The notes under the pieces were generated by a model that saw nothing but the letters and a program-made list of their open reading frames with translations, was not told the origin of the DNA and made no database searches. The position numbers were made by a program, and so were the translations under genes. A stretch of 64,000 nt of DNA from Terriglobia bacterium (GTDB lineage Bacteria > Acidobacteriota > Terriglobia > 20CM-2-55-15), in assembly GCA_036496425.1 (NCBI GenBank), contig DASXLG010000068.1, positions 350-64,349 on the forward strand. Direction: 5' to 3'. Below are positions 19,909 through 28,037 of this stretch, piece after piece (the stretch's first letter is position 1; each line of letters begins with the position of its first letter).

Positions 19909-21345
19909 CTACATCTGCTTATCACACAGCTTGCCGAGCGTCGCGATGGCGCGCTCCATGGAATCATTGAGAGGATGGCCGCAGCTCAGCCGGATGTGGT
20001 TCCCGAACCGCTGCGTCGGCGAAAAGGTCATTCCGGGCACGATGCTGATCTTCTGTGACGCCGCGGCGCGAAACAGTTTCCACGAGTCGATCGCAGGTGG
20101 CAGCTCCACCCACAGCACGTGCCCTGCGGCAGGACGAGAGATTTTCGTTCCCTCCGGGAAGTACCTGGCCGCGGCCTGGCTGTGGCGTTGGACCTGCTGC
20201 GCGAGTGTCTGTCGAAGACTGCGCAAGTACCGGTCGTAGCCGCCGGAATCGATGAATTCCGCAATTGCCAGCTGCGGCAACGACGGCGATCCCAGCGTGT
20301 TGATGAATTTCAAGCGCCTGACTTCGTCGCGATAGCGGCCGCCTTCAATCCAGCCGATGCGAAAGCCGGGGGCAAGCACTTTCGAAAAAGAAGAACACAG
20401 GAGAACGAGCCCTTCGGAGTCAAATGCCTTTGCGGTCTTCGGGCGAGTGCCGTTGAAGGCCAGATCGCCGTAGATGTCGTCCTCAATCAGCGGAACGTTA
20501 TGTCTGGTCAGCAGCGCCACCAGGTTCTTCTTGTATTCGTCATCCAGAATGAATCCGAGCGGATTGTGGCCATTCGCAATCGTGACGCACGCTCGCACCG
20601 AATGCTTCCGGATAGCGCGGGAGAGCGCATCCAGGTCCATGCCCGTCCGGGGATGCGTCGGTATTTCGATCGCCTTCATTCCGAGCGATTCGATGATGTG
20701 CAGGATCCCGAAGTACGTCGGGCTCTCGATCGCCAGCACCTCGCCGGGACGGGCGACGGCGCGCATCGCCAGATTCAAGGCCTCCATCCCGCCACAGGTA
20801 ATGATCACGTCATTGGGAGAAAAGGTGCATCCGAAGCCGGTCGCCCGGCGCGCGATCTGACGGCGCAGGGGCTCCAGGCCGGTCGCCAGTTCGTATCTGG
20901 CGCTGTGGGTTGGGTTATTCCGCGCGATCCGGTTGATGATTTTGTTGAGCCTCGCGTTCGGATACAACGAAGGATTCGGCGACGCGGCGCCCAGTGGAAC
21001 CATAGTGTGATCGCCGAGACACTTCACCACTTCATCCAGAACTCCGCTCACGCCAACGTCCGTGGGCACGCCGGCTTTGGGCTGGAACTCGGGCTCGGGC
21101 ACGAGTTCCGCGTATGGCACCCTAACGTAAAAACCCGATTGGGGCCGCGGCTCGATCCAGCCCTGATTCTCCAGCCAGAAATACGCCTGCAGCACGGTCG
21201 AGACACTGACTCCCTGTTGGCGCCGCAAGCCGCGGATCGAGGGAACGCGATCGCCGGCCTGGAGGGCGCCTTTGCGGATCTGCTGCTCGATCTGGCGGGC
21301 GACTTTCAAATAGAGCGGTGGCTTCAGCGCTTGCATCGATTTCAT
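19909..21345 (-). CDS. MocR/GntR-family regulator (wHTH fused to PLP aminotransferase-like domain)
   Basis: An N-terminal GntR wHTH (LYLKVARQIEQQIRKGALQAGDRVPSIRGLRRQQGVSVSTVLQAYFWLE) is fused to an aminotransferase fold with SSFSKVLAPGFRIGW. The start is ATG 21345 (MKSMQALK). Confidence 0.85.
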   Translation of the reverse strand: MKSMQALKPPLYLKVARQIEQQIRKGALQAGDRVPSIRGLRRQQGVSVSTVLQAYFWLENQGWIEPRPQSGFYVRVPYAELVPEPEFQPKAGVPTDVGVSGVLDEVVKCLGDHTMVPLGAASPNPSLYPNARLNKIINRIARNNPTHSARYELATGLEPLRRQIARRATGFGCTFSPNDVIITCGGMEALNLAMRAVARPGEVLAIESPTYFGILHIIESLGMKAIEIPTHPRTGMDLDALSRAIRKHSVRACVTIANGHNPLGFILDDEYKKNLVALLTRHNVPLIEDDIYGDLAFNGTRPKTAKAFDSEGLVLLCSSFSKVLAPGFRIGWIEGGRYRDEVRRLKFINTLGSPSLPQLAIAEFIDSGGYDRYLRSLRQTLAQQVQRHSQAAARYFPEGTKISRPAAGHVLWVELPPAIDSWKLFRAAASQKISIVPGMTFSPTQRFGNHIRLSCGHPLNDSMERAIATLGKLCDKQM

Positions 21346-21486
21346 AGGCCTACTGTACGCGCAAGCAGGGGCTTCGTACAGATTCAGAAATATGCGAATC
21401 GCAGGAGTACAGTTTCCGGTTGTACCCGCCGGCCCGCAGCAGACCTGAATCTGTTGCAAGCGGGGCGGCCCGCCTACGCTATCGTC

Positions 21487-21933
21487 ATGATCACGAAAAT
21501 CATAATTGCGGCAATGCTGGCACAGGTGTCCTTCGCATCCACAGATGTCGATGAACCTCGTATCCCGTTCAGTTTCGTGCGCGATTCTCTCGTGGTCATT
21601 CCGGTCATTTTGAATGGACACGGCGAGTACCGGTTTCTTCTGGATACGGGCGCGACGCACAGTATCCTCTCGAGCCGGGTGGCCGATCGGCTGAACATTC
21701 CGGCTGGGCGGAGTGAATTTCTAATTACGGCAGCGGGCAACGTGCCGGTCACCATTCGCACGATGGAGACAGTGCAGATCGGCGGCGTCCGCATCATGCA
21801 GATGCAGATTGCCGTCGCGGATTTTGAGCTGTTAAGGACGCTGCAGGTCGATGGGATCATCGGCGCGGATTATTTGAGGCGGTTCAAGGTCTCGATCGAT
21901 TACGAGCACCGGGAGTTGAGTATCCGGCGCTAA
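21487..21933 (+). CDS. retropepsin-like aspartic protease
   Basis: This is the C-terminal 148 aa of ORF 20119..21933, starting at MITKIIIAAMLAQVSFA (signal-like). It has an LLDTGATHSIL active-site motif and a second GIIGADYL motif. The upstream part of that ORF is antisense to the MocR gene. Confidence 0.7.
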   Translation: MITKIIIAAMLAQVSFASTDVDEPRIPFSFVRDSLVVIPVILNGHGEYRFLLDTGATHSILSSRVADRLNIPAGRSEFLITAAGNVPVTIRTMETVQIGGVRIMQMQIAVADFELLRTLQVDGIIGADYLRRFKVSIDYEHRELSIRR

Positions 21934-21936
21934 CCT

Positions 21937-22058
21937 GGAAAACGGGGAAATTAGCCGCAGATGACGCGGATGACGCAGATGGGGGCGCATCATGAAATTC
22001 GTTTTTGCGCCCCCATCCGCGTCATCCGCGTCATCTGCGGCTAATTTCCCCGTTTTCC
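21937..22058. repeat. 122-bp near-perfect palindrome filling a convergent intergenic gap (GCGGATGACGC family)
   Basis: The 53-nt arm GGAAAACGGGGAAATTAGCCGCAGATGACGCGGATGACGCAGATGGGGGCGCA (21937-21989) pairs with 22006-22058 with 1 mismatch. The loop is 16 nt. Confidence 0.85.
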
Positions 22059-23155
22059 TATCTGATGCGAATCGGCAGCGACATCGTTTCCGTAACGATC
22101 TGCTCGGTGACTTTTTCGAACGTGTCGATATCGAATGGCTGGCCGACGTGGTTTCCGGCGAGGTCTTCGATTCCGGTATTCACATTCAGATGATAATCGC
22201 CGGCCTTCCAGGCTTCACGCGGCGTAAAGCGCCACTCTGTTTCCTGCCGCGCAATCGACACGGTGCCCGTCACATTACCTTGCGGGCCTGAAATCTGGAG
22301 CATCCGTTGCAGCAGCGGATAATTCATCGGAGTCGGCAAACTCACCACAATCGGGTCAGCCGTTCCGGCCTTCGGCGCCGTCACACGCCATTGCTTCGGG
22401 TCCGGCGGCGTTCTCTGCGCGGGGCCACCGCGGAAAGACTTGCGGAATCCTTCCACCATCGCAACGCCACGCGCATCCGGCCACTCGCGATCGATCACGA
22501 TCGTGTACTGTTTTCCTTCCATGATCGGCGGCCCGATCTTCTGATTCGAGGTCAGCCCGCGTTTGATGCGGCCGGGATCGAAAGTCATCGTGAGGCGCTT
22601 AAACCCCGGATCCCATAACTCCTGGCTGCGGAGAAAAACACTGTCCATGCCCTGGAGAACTTTGCCCTTCTCATCGAGAACATGCATATATTGCGCAGCG
22701 ACACCGCGGCTCATCGGAGCCGAGAAATAGATGTACAAGCGGAGTTGGTTGCTCGGTAGAACATCCCCGGAGGGATAGATCTGCACCACGCGGGTGATCG
22801 GAGTTGTTTCTTTGGGCGGGCCGTCGAAAGTTTTCTCGACGGGCGCGCCGGCCGGCGGATGGAAAACGGCGCGGTACCGGACTCCTGCGGAAATTGGAAA
22901 ATTCGGACGGAAGGCGAGAGTGCCTTGTTGTACGGAGTATGTACCAAGAAGTGGAGGCACGTCCCCAACCGCTGCGTATACAGCAAAAAGGGAAGCCCAA
23001 CCAGCGGCGGGCGGCACGGCGGGAGCCTTCCAGCCGGCGACTTTGAAGCTTGCGCCGTCGAACTGGAGGGATACGGCCTGCCCCGCCGCAGTCATCCCCA
23101 TCAGGAGGAGGACTGCGGCTGCGGCAAGCGAAGGTCTACAGCGAAACACGGGCAA
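22058..23155 (-). CDS. secreted hypothetical protein (Ig-like/beta-rich)
   Basis: 365 aa with a TTG start and the signal peptide SLAAAAVLLLMGMTAAGQA. It lies 1 nt downstream of the preceding gene, so they form an operon. Confidence 0.6.
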   Translation of the reverse strand: MPVFRCRPSLAAAAVLLLMGMTAAGQAVSLQFDGASFKVAGWKAPAVPPAAGWASLFAVYAAVGDVPPLLGTYSVQQGTLAFRPNFPISAGVRYRAVFHPPAGAPVEKTFDGPPKETTPITRVVQIYPSGDVLPSNQLRLYIYFSAPMSRGVAAQYMHVLDEKGKVLQGMDSVFLRSQELWDPGFKRLTMTFDPGRIKRGLTSNQKIGPPIMEGKQYTIVIDREWPDARGVAMVEGFRKSFRGGPAQRTPPDPKQWRVTAPKAGTADPIVVSLPTPMNYPLLQRMLQISGPQGNVTGTVSIARQETEWRFTPREAWKAGDYHLNVNTGIEDLAGNHVGQPFDIDTFEKVTEQIVTETMSLPIRIR

Positions 23156-23156
23156 A

Positions 23157-24281
23157 TTACGGCAGAGCGGTTGTCGATAGATTGACCGGTCCGGCTCCGG
23201 CTTTGCCGGTCAGAAGCAGCACGCTGGAATTGTCGATCTGGGCAATGTGGCGCACATCCGAGAGGCCGGAAATCTTGTCATAAGGAACGCCGGCAACATC
23301 GGTCACCGTCGGCTCGACGATTGCAGGATACTTCTCGAGGTTATCGGCCTTGAGCTTCACGACGCCGAAAGCGCTGTTGGCGATGAGAATGTACTCGTGG
23401 CCATCCTTCTTATAAGGAACCATGTCGAGAGGCTGATTGCCCGCGCCAAGATCAGCGATTTCCACGCCTTTGATCTTCGCGCCCGGCTTCAACTCGCTCA
23501 CCGGGATCTTCACCAGCGGCGTGCAGGTATAGGCGGCGAGAACGTACTGCTGACCGGAGATCGTGTAAGGAACGAAAGTCCGGATCGGCGACGCCGTTTC
23601 ATATCGGCCGTGGGAGGAGTGCCAGATCTGGAGAGTGGCGCCCTTCGGGGCAGCGTTAAACGGATAAGGAATCGAGCGCAGAGCCGAAGACCATTCTTCG
23701 TTCGACAGGCCGGCCACCATCACGTTGCCGTTGATGTAAGACATGTCTGTGATCGTCTGCATGCGCGGATTCTGGCGGGCGCTGGCATTTGCAACCGGCG
23801 CGTCCGCGAGGCTGACGGAGGCATATTTCGCGTTGTCGAGCGGCAGCGCCGAAACTTTGCCGGAGGCATCGACTTTCATGATGAGAGGCATGGCATCCGG
23901 GCCGCGGCCGCGCGAAGCCGACAGATAGACGTTCTTGGATACCGGGTTGACCGCGACGAAATTGATCACGATCTGATCCGGCGTAATGCCGACCATGGCT
24001 GCGATCTTCGCGTCCACGCCGTCGACGTTGATTTTTACCGGTGCAGCCGGAGCTTTATTGTCCTGTGTATCGATCGCGACGATGGATCCGCCGACGGAGT
24101 CCCCGACAAACAGAATGCCGTTCGGCCCGAAAGCCAGTGCACCTGCGGACATGAGCGGGACTTTGCCCGACATCAACTCAGCAGCGGGAGCCGGTTGGCG
24201 TGCTGCGGTCAACGTCAGTCCGAGTGCGATGGTCAAACAAACGGCCACCGCCAAACTGATGAGAGTCATTGTTCGACGCAT
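23157..24281 (-). CDS. secreted hypothetical protein (possible beta-propeller)
   Basis: The start is ATG 24281, behind AGGAG. Signal/anchor: MRRTMTLISLAVAVCLTIALGL. I recognise no catalytic motif. Confidence 0.6.
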   Translation of the reverse strand: MRRTMTLISLAVAVCLTIALGLTLTAARQPAPAAELMSGKVPLMSAGALAFGPNGILFVGDSVGGSIVAIDTQDNKAPAAPVKINVDGVDAKIAAMVGITPDQIVINFVAVNPVSKNVYLSASRGRGPDAMPLIMKVDASGKVSALPLDNAKYASVSLADAPVANASARQNPRMQTITDMSYINGNVMVAGLSNEEWSSALRSIPYPFNAAPKGATLQIWHSSHGRYETASPIRTFVPYTISGQQYVLAAYTCTPLVKIPVSELKPGAKIKGVEIADLGAGNQPLDMVPYKKDGHEYILIANSAFGVVKLKADNLEKYPAIVEPTVTDVAGVPYDKISGLSDVRHIAQIDNSSVLLLTGKAGAGPVNLSTTALP

Positions 24282-24384
24282 TGTATCTCCTATGTGTAAG
24301 GGTTGCGGAAGGTTAACCATATAACACTACCGGGGATAAGGGTCAATAATCCGTTAAAGCGGGAAGTCGTAACGAACGAGTTGC

Positions 24385-24585
24385 CTGAGGACATTCCCCG
24401 CCTTTCCAAGGCGGGGTGGCTGCGCCATCAATAAAACGGCCCGCTCCTTAGCGGCGCAGACGGGGCGGTTAGTAACTTCAAAATCAAAATAAGGTGCGCT
24501 GCGCAGTTCGTGACTAACCACCCCGCCCTCTCGTTCTAACGATTTGATCGCTCGGGCACCCCTCCTTGAAAACGGAGGGGAATGG
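24385..24585. repeat. composite multi-hairpin repeat (CCCCGCC..GGCGGGG / CCCCTCC..GGAGGGG type)
   Basis: Hairpins: CCCCGCC-tttccaa-GGCGGGG (24396-24416), CTGCGCC...GGCGCAG (24420-24459) and CCCCTCC-ttgaaaac-GGAGGGG (24558-24580), plus a long-range pair GGCGGTTAGT / ACTAACCACC. The ORF over it (24354..24638) has repeat-peptide character. Confidence 0.6.
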
Positions 24586-24612
24586 AGCAGTCTCTCAACT
24601 CGTCTTAACTTC

Positions 24613-24690
24613 TCAAATACCCTCATCCTGCAGCACATTCAGGCCGGCGTTCCAGTCGCTGACGTCGATCAATCCCTGTCGGGTTGAAGC
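24613..24690 (-). pseudogene. orphan 3'-end fragment of an LVIVD-like beta-propeller gene
   Basis: It encodes ..GLIDVSDWNAGLNVLQDEGI*, compared with ..GLIYVSDWNAGLNVLQYDGG* at the end of the intact gene 28468..29784. By hand alignment, 42 of 48 nt are identical (24628-24675 vs 28483-28530). Confidence 0.6.
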
Positions 24691-24746
24691 ACCGCGATGA
24701 GTATACGCAAAAGCGGCCGGTGCGGAATTCGTAGCGGACGCATGCG

Positions 24747-26132
24747 CTACACGTTGCCGATCTTGTCCCAGGCGACCGAAGGAAGCGCCATCGATCGGAG
24801 GCGTTCTGCGAACCGCGGGTCCGCTCGCAGGCTGTCCCAATCCGGTGCGACCGCCAGGTGAACAAGTGCTGGATCGCGGAGCGCGATGGCCTGGTCGAGG
24901 CAGCCGAACGCTTCATCGAGCCGGTCTGCTGCCCCATACAGAACGGCGCGAAAGGATGCCATCTTCAACAAGATGTCGAAGTCCATTTGCGGGTTCGTTA
25001 TCTGATCCACCCAGAACCGGCTCACGCCAGGGAGGCCGGCGGTCGCGTACACCTGCTGCATGTCCGCGGTGACCTGCTTCATCACCGCCACTCTCTCTTC
25101 GGGAAAGCCCCATGCCATGGCCCGGTTAACCTGGCTGACGGTCCAGGCCGCGAAACTATCGACATCACCGATCTTCCAATAAACCTTCGTAATGAATTGG
25201 CTCGCCAGCACATGCTTCGGGTCGATCTCAAGAGCTCGCCGAGCCCAGACTTGCGTCTCGTCGTACTTCCGCTGATGCCAATACGAGATGGCGATCTGCG
25301 CCAGAACGCCGGGCGACCGCGGATCGCGTGCGAGCGCCTGCTGCTTGCATCGCAGCCCTTCGTCAAGCCGCCCGAGCGCTTCCTGGAGCGACCCATATTG
25401 CAGGAGCGCCTCGGTGTGGTCCGGATTGATCTCGAGCGCACGGCACAGGCTGCGTTGCGCCGCCGTCCAGTCCCACTCGCCCAGAAGTAGGACGGTGCCA
25501 AGGGCAACTTGCGCGTCGGCCGATCCGCTGTCCATCGCCAGCGCGCGCAAGGCGGACGCTTTCGCCTCTGTAAACGCTTCCTGGTATGGCACTGCGCGAA
25601 ACACTGCCTGCAGGCACCATGCGCGGGCCAAGCCGGCGTGCGCAGGTGCATAGGTCGGATCGATCTCGATCGCGGAACGAAAGGCGTCCACGGCGGCCGG
25701 CATCTCGAAGAACGAGCCGGACAACAGATGAGACCGGCCGCGTCCGACAAGCTCATAAAGTTCGACGGGACGTGTCACGGCGCTCGATGCGAATGGCTTC
25801 TCGCCGCCCGAATCAAACCGGACTGCAGCGATGAAGCGATACCCTGACCGCACGACGGTCTCGATGTAGGCCGGAGGCCGCGTGTCGTCGCCGAGAGCTT
25901 TGCGCAGTGCGGCCACGTGAACATTGAGAATACCTTCTTCGACGAACGACTCGGGCCAGACATGCGCCAGCAATTCGTCCTTCGTGACCAGCCGCCCCGA
26001 CTGCCGCACCAACAAAACCAGCACATCGTAGGTCTTCGGTGACAAGCGAACGGTTTCGCTGCCGCGCAGCAGCCGCCGCTCTCCCACGTCCAGCGTAAAT
26101 TCTTCGAAATGAAATACTTCCGGGACAGCCAT
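24747..26132 (-). CDS. OmpR/CadC-type winged-helix DNA-binding protein fused to TPR repeats
   Basis: FHFEEFTLDVGERRLLRGSETVRLSPKTYDVLVLLV..LVTKDELLAHVWPESFVEEGILNVHVAALRKAL..VVRSGYRF, followed by a TPR-like helical region. I prefer ATG 26132 as start over the ORF-track TTG at 26156. Confidence 0.8.
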   Translation of the reverse strand: MAVPEVFHFEEFTLDVGERRLLRGSETVRLSPKTYDVLVLLVRQSGRLVTKDELLAHVWPESFVEEGILNVHVAALRKALGDDTRPPAYIETVVRSGYRFIAAVRFDSGGEKPFASSAVTRPVELYELVGRGRSHLLSGSFFEMPAAVDAFRSAIEIDPTYAPAHAGLARAWCLQAVFRAVPYQEAFTEAKASALRALAMDSGSADAQVALGTVLLLGEWDWTAAQRSLCRALEINPDHTEALLQYGSLQEALGRLDEGLRCKQQALARDPRSPGVLAQIAISYWHQRKYDETQVWARRALEIDPKHVLASQFITKVYWKIGDVDSFAAWTVSQVNRAMAWGFPEERVAVMKQVTADMQQVYATAGLPGVSRFWVDQITNPQMDFDILLKMASFRAVLYGAADRLDEAFGCLDQAIALRDPALVHLAVAPDWDSLRADPRFAERLRSMALPSVAWDKIGNV

Positions 26133-26199
26133 TGAATTTTCGGCCAATCTTAACAAATCCTTCGGGACACGTCACGGCCCCCCTGATAAGGAGTACAGC

Positions 26200-26316
26200 A
26201 TGTCTCAGATAGGTGAACCATTGAGAATCATCGAAGTTGAGCCGCTGGAAGAACCGGTACCCGAGAAAGAAGTACCATTCGAGCAGCCAGCCGATCCAGT
26301 CAAGGTGCCAGCCTAG
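26200..26316 (+). CDS. 38-aa acidic, Pro/Glu-rich peptide (not in ORF track)
   Basis: ATG 26200 lies 6 nt after AAGGAG (26188-26193). The peptide is MSQIGEPLRIIEVEPLEEPVPEKEVPFEQPADPVKVPA. Its TAG stop overlaps the GTG start of the next gene (TAGTG). Confidence 0.55.
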   Translation: MSQIGEPLRIIEVEPLEEPVPEKEVPFEQPADPVKVPA

Positions 26317-27008
26317 TGATCGTCCGAGAACCCATCGTCGGCTGGCGGCAATGGAACTTCATGTATCCGCACTTTCTTGCGAATCTTGGCAACGACACGA
26401 TCTACGTGCCTCGTGAGAAGATCGAAGCGCACTGTGAACCGTATGCGACCATCGGTAGCTTGGTCCTCCGGAAGGCTCACAGCGAGCAGCAGGCACCACA
26501 CCTGACTTGTACGTGTGGCATCTATGCCTACAAGGAGAAGCCGAGACTCCTACGTGAGATAAGAAACATCTATTCTGGATGGGCTGCCCAATCGTCTCGC
26601 AGGCTCGTCTACGGCGAGATTAACCTATGGGGTAAGGTCATCGAGCATGAGGATGGCTATCGTGCGCAGTTCGGCTATCCCCGGCGGCTCTGGTGCACGC
26701 CGGCAATCGAGCCGCTGGCTGGCTGGATTGGTTATGTCTATGGCGTGCCATGCGAACTAATGCCGTCGGGAGACGGCGAAGAAATCAAAAGCAAATCACC
26801 AAGGTCGAAGCAAAAGACTATCGTCACGAAATATGCCTGCGGGCATGAACTAACAATCAAAGCGGAATACAAGAATGGGACGTCGTACTGGAGTGACATG
26901 AAGAATACCCCGATTTACTATGACGTAGGCTTTTGTCCGAAGTGTTTTGCGCTGAACATCAAAGCACAACGAAAGGAAAGGATTAGCGGAATAAACGGCA
27001 TGTCTTAA
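26316..27008 (+). CDS. 230-aa Cys-rich hypothetical protein, phage-orphan-like
   Basis: GWRQW...APHLTCTCGIYAYK...VYGEINLWGKVIEHEDGYRAQFGYP, plus a C-terminal CGHE...CPKC pair. It is visibly more AT-rich than its neighbours. The N-terminal pattern resembles uncharacterised phage/actinobacterial proteins, from memory only. Confidence 0.6.
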   Translation: MIVREPIVGWRQWNFMYPHFLANLGNDTIYVPREKIEAHCEPYATIGSLVLRKAHSEQQAPHLTCTCGIYAYKEKPRLLREIRNIYSGWAAQSSRRLVYGEINLWGKVIEHEDGYRAQFGYPRRLWCTPAIEPLAGWIGYVYGVPCELMPSGDGEEIKSKSPRSKQKTIVTKYACGHELTIKAEYKNGTSYWSDMKNTPIYYDVGFCPKCFALNIKAQRKERISGINGMS

Positions 27009-27196
27009 TATTCCGGCTCGCGGTTCTGACGGGGACCGAACCACAAAAAGCACAAGGAGCCGAATCCATACTATGACCGCCTTTCAGCCCGTTCCGTCCG
27101 CGCCACCTGCCGTAATAGTCTTACATTCGAGCGGATCGCAAGCTGGGCCCCGACTTGCGCGAGTCGACCACAAATTGTCCAGGGAACAGCCCCCGA

Positions 27197-27578
27197 ATGG
27201 CGGGCGGTCGCGTGGAATGCGGCGTTCTCGTGAGCCAAACGCCAACCAGCGCAAGCCTGAGAGCCGGAGCAACAACGATTACCGAATTCGCGAGGTTTCT
27301 TGGAGATTTTCTCGACCGCCCGTTGGTCGATGAGACCGGCCTGACGGGGACGTTCGATCTGGATTTGCAATTCAGCGCCGTGCGCAGCTCTTTGCCGGGA
27401 GAGGCCGTGCCGGGCCGTTTGGGCATTGGGAATGTCGATGAGGTGCAGACCGTTTTTACCGCGATTCAGGAACAACTGGGAGTCAGGCTCGATTCGCAGC
27501 GCCAGGCTCGATTCGCAGCGCCAGGTAACGGAAGTATTCGTGGTCGAACGTGTCCCAGAGCCCGCCGAAAATCCTTAG
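27197..27578 (+). pseudogene. 5'-truncated, frameshifted TIGR03435-family gene remnant
   Basis: ITEFARFLGDFLDRPLVDETGLTGTFDLDLQFS...VFTAIQEQLGVRLDSQRQ parallels the C-terminal third of the intact paralog 33500..34348. A 19-bp tandem duplication (27484-27502 and 27503-27521) breaks the frame. Removing one copy restores ..QVTEVFVVERVPEPAENP*, with the stop at 27576-27578. Confidence 0.75.
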
Positions 27579-27595
27579 TCGAGGCTGACAATTCC

Positions 27596-28010
27596 CAAGT
27601 TTCAGGTTGTAATCCCGCCGTGCGGCTGACAGTTTTCAAGTTTCAGGTTGCAATGAGGTCGTGCGGCTGACAGTTGCCAAGTTTCAGATTGCAACGCGGC
27701 CATGCAGCTAACGGTTTTCAAGTTTCAGGTTGCAATCCGGCCGTGCAGCTGACAGTTTCCAAGTTTCAGGTTGCAATGCGGTCGTGCAGCTGACGGTTTT
27801 CAAGTTTCAGCTTGTAATCCCGCCGTGCAGCTGACAGTTGCCAAGTTTCAGGCTGCAATCCGGCCGTGCAGCTGACGGTTTTCAAGTTTCAGGTTGCAAT
27901 CCGGTCGTGCAGCTGACAGTTTCCAAGTTTCAGGTTGCAATGCGGCCCTGCAGTTGGCAGTTTTCAACGTTCAGGAAGCAATCCCGTCCTGCAGCGCAGC
28001 TGAGATTTTC
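27596..28010. repeat. tandem array 1: 10 units of 41 bp, no spacers
   Basis: Units start at 27596, 27637, 27678, 27719, 27760, 27801, 27842, 27883, 27924 and 27965. The consensus is CAAGTTTCAGGTTGCAATCCGGCCGTGCAGCTGACAGTTTY, and the last unit is degenerate. Confidence 0.9.
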
Positions 28011-28037
28011 CAACGTGACTCCGAACCCATGAAATCC

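Noticed and set aside
20119-21486. N-terminal 456 codons of the 604-aa plus-strand ORF
   Set aside because: This stretch is antisense to the MocR-type regulator gene and has no protein-like features. Only the last 148 codons (21487-21933), which carry a signal-like start and a DTGA motif, look real.
24354-24638. 94-aa minus-strand ORF
   Set aside because: It lies entirely inside the multi-hairpin repeat, and its sequence (..PPFSRRG.., ..QPPRLGKAGN..) looks like translated repeat DNA.
26160-27060. Calling the AT-rich cassette a mobile element or prophage fragment
   Set aside because: I could find no integrase, transposase, terminal repeats or att-like duplication. Only the composition shift and the phage-orphan-like protein support a foreign origin, so it is reported as a finding and not as a mobile_element feature.
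27596-28010. Array 1 (and array 2 at 32198-32597) as CRISPR arrays
   Set aside because: Consecutive units are contiguous, with no unique spacers. The whole 40-41 bp period is repeated, and no cas genes are in the window.
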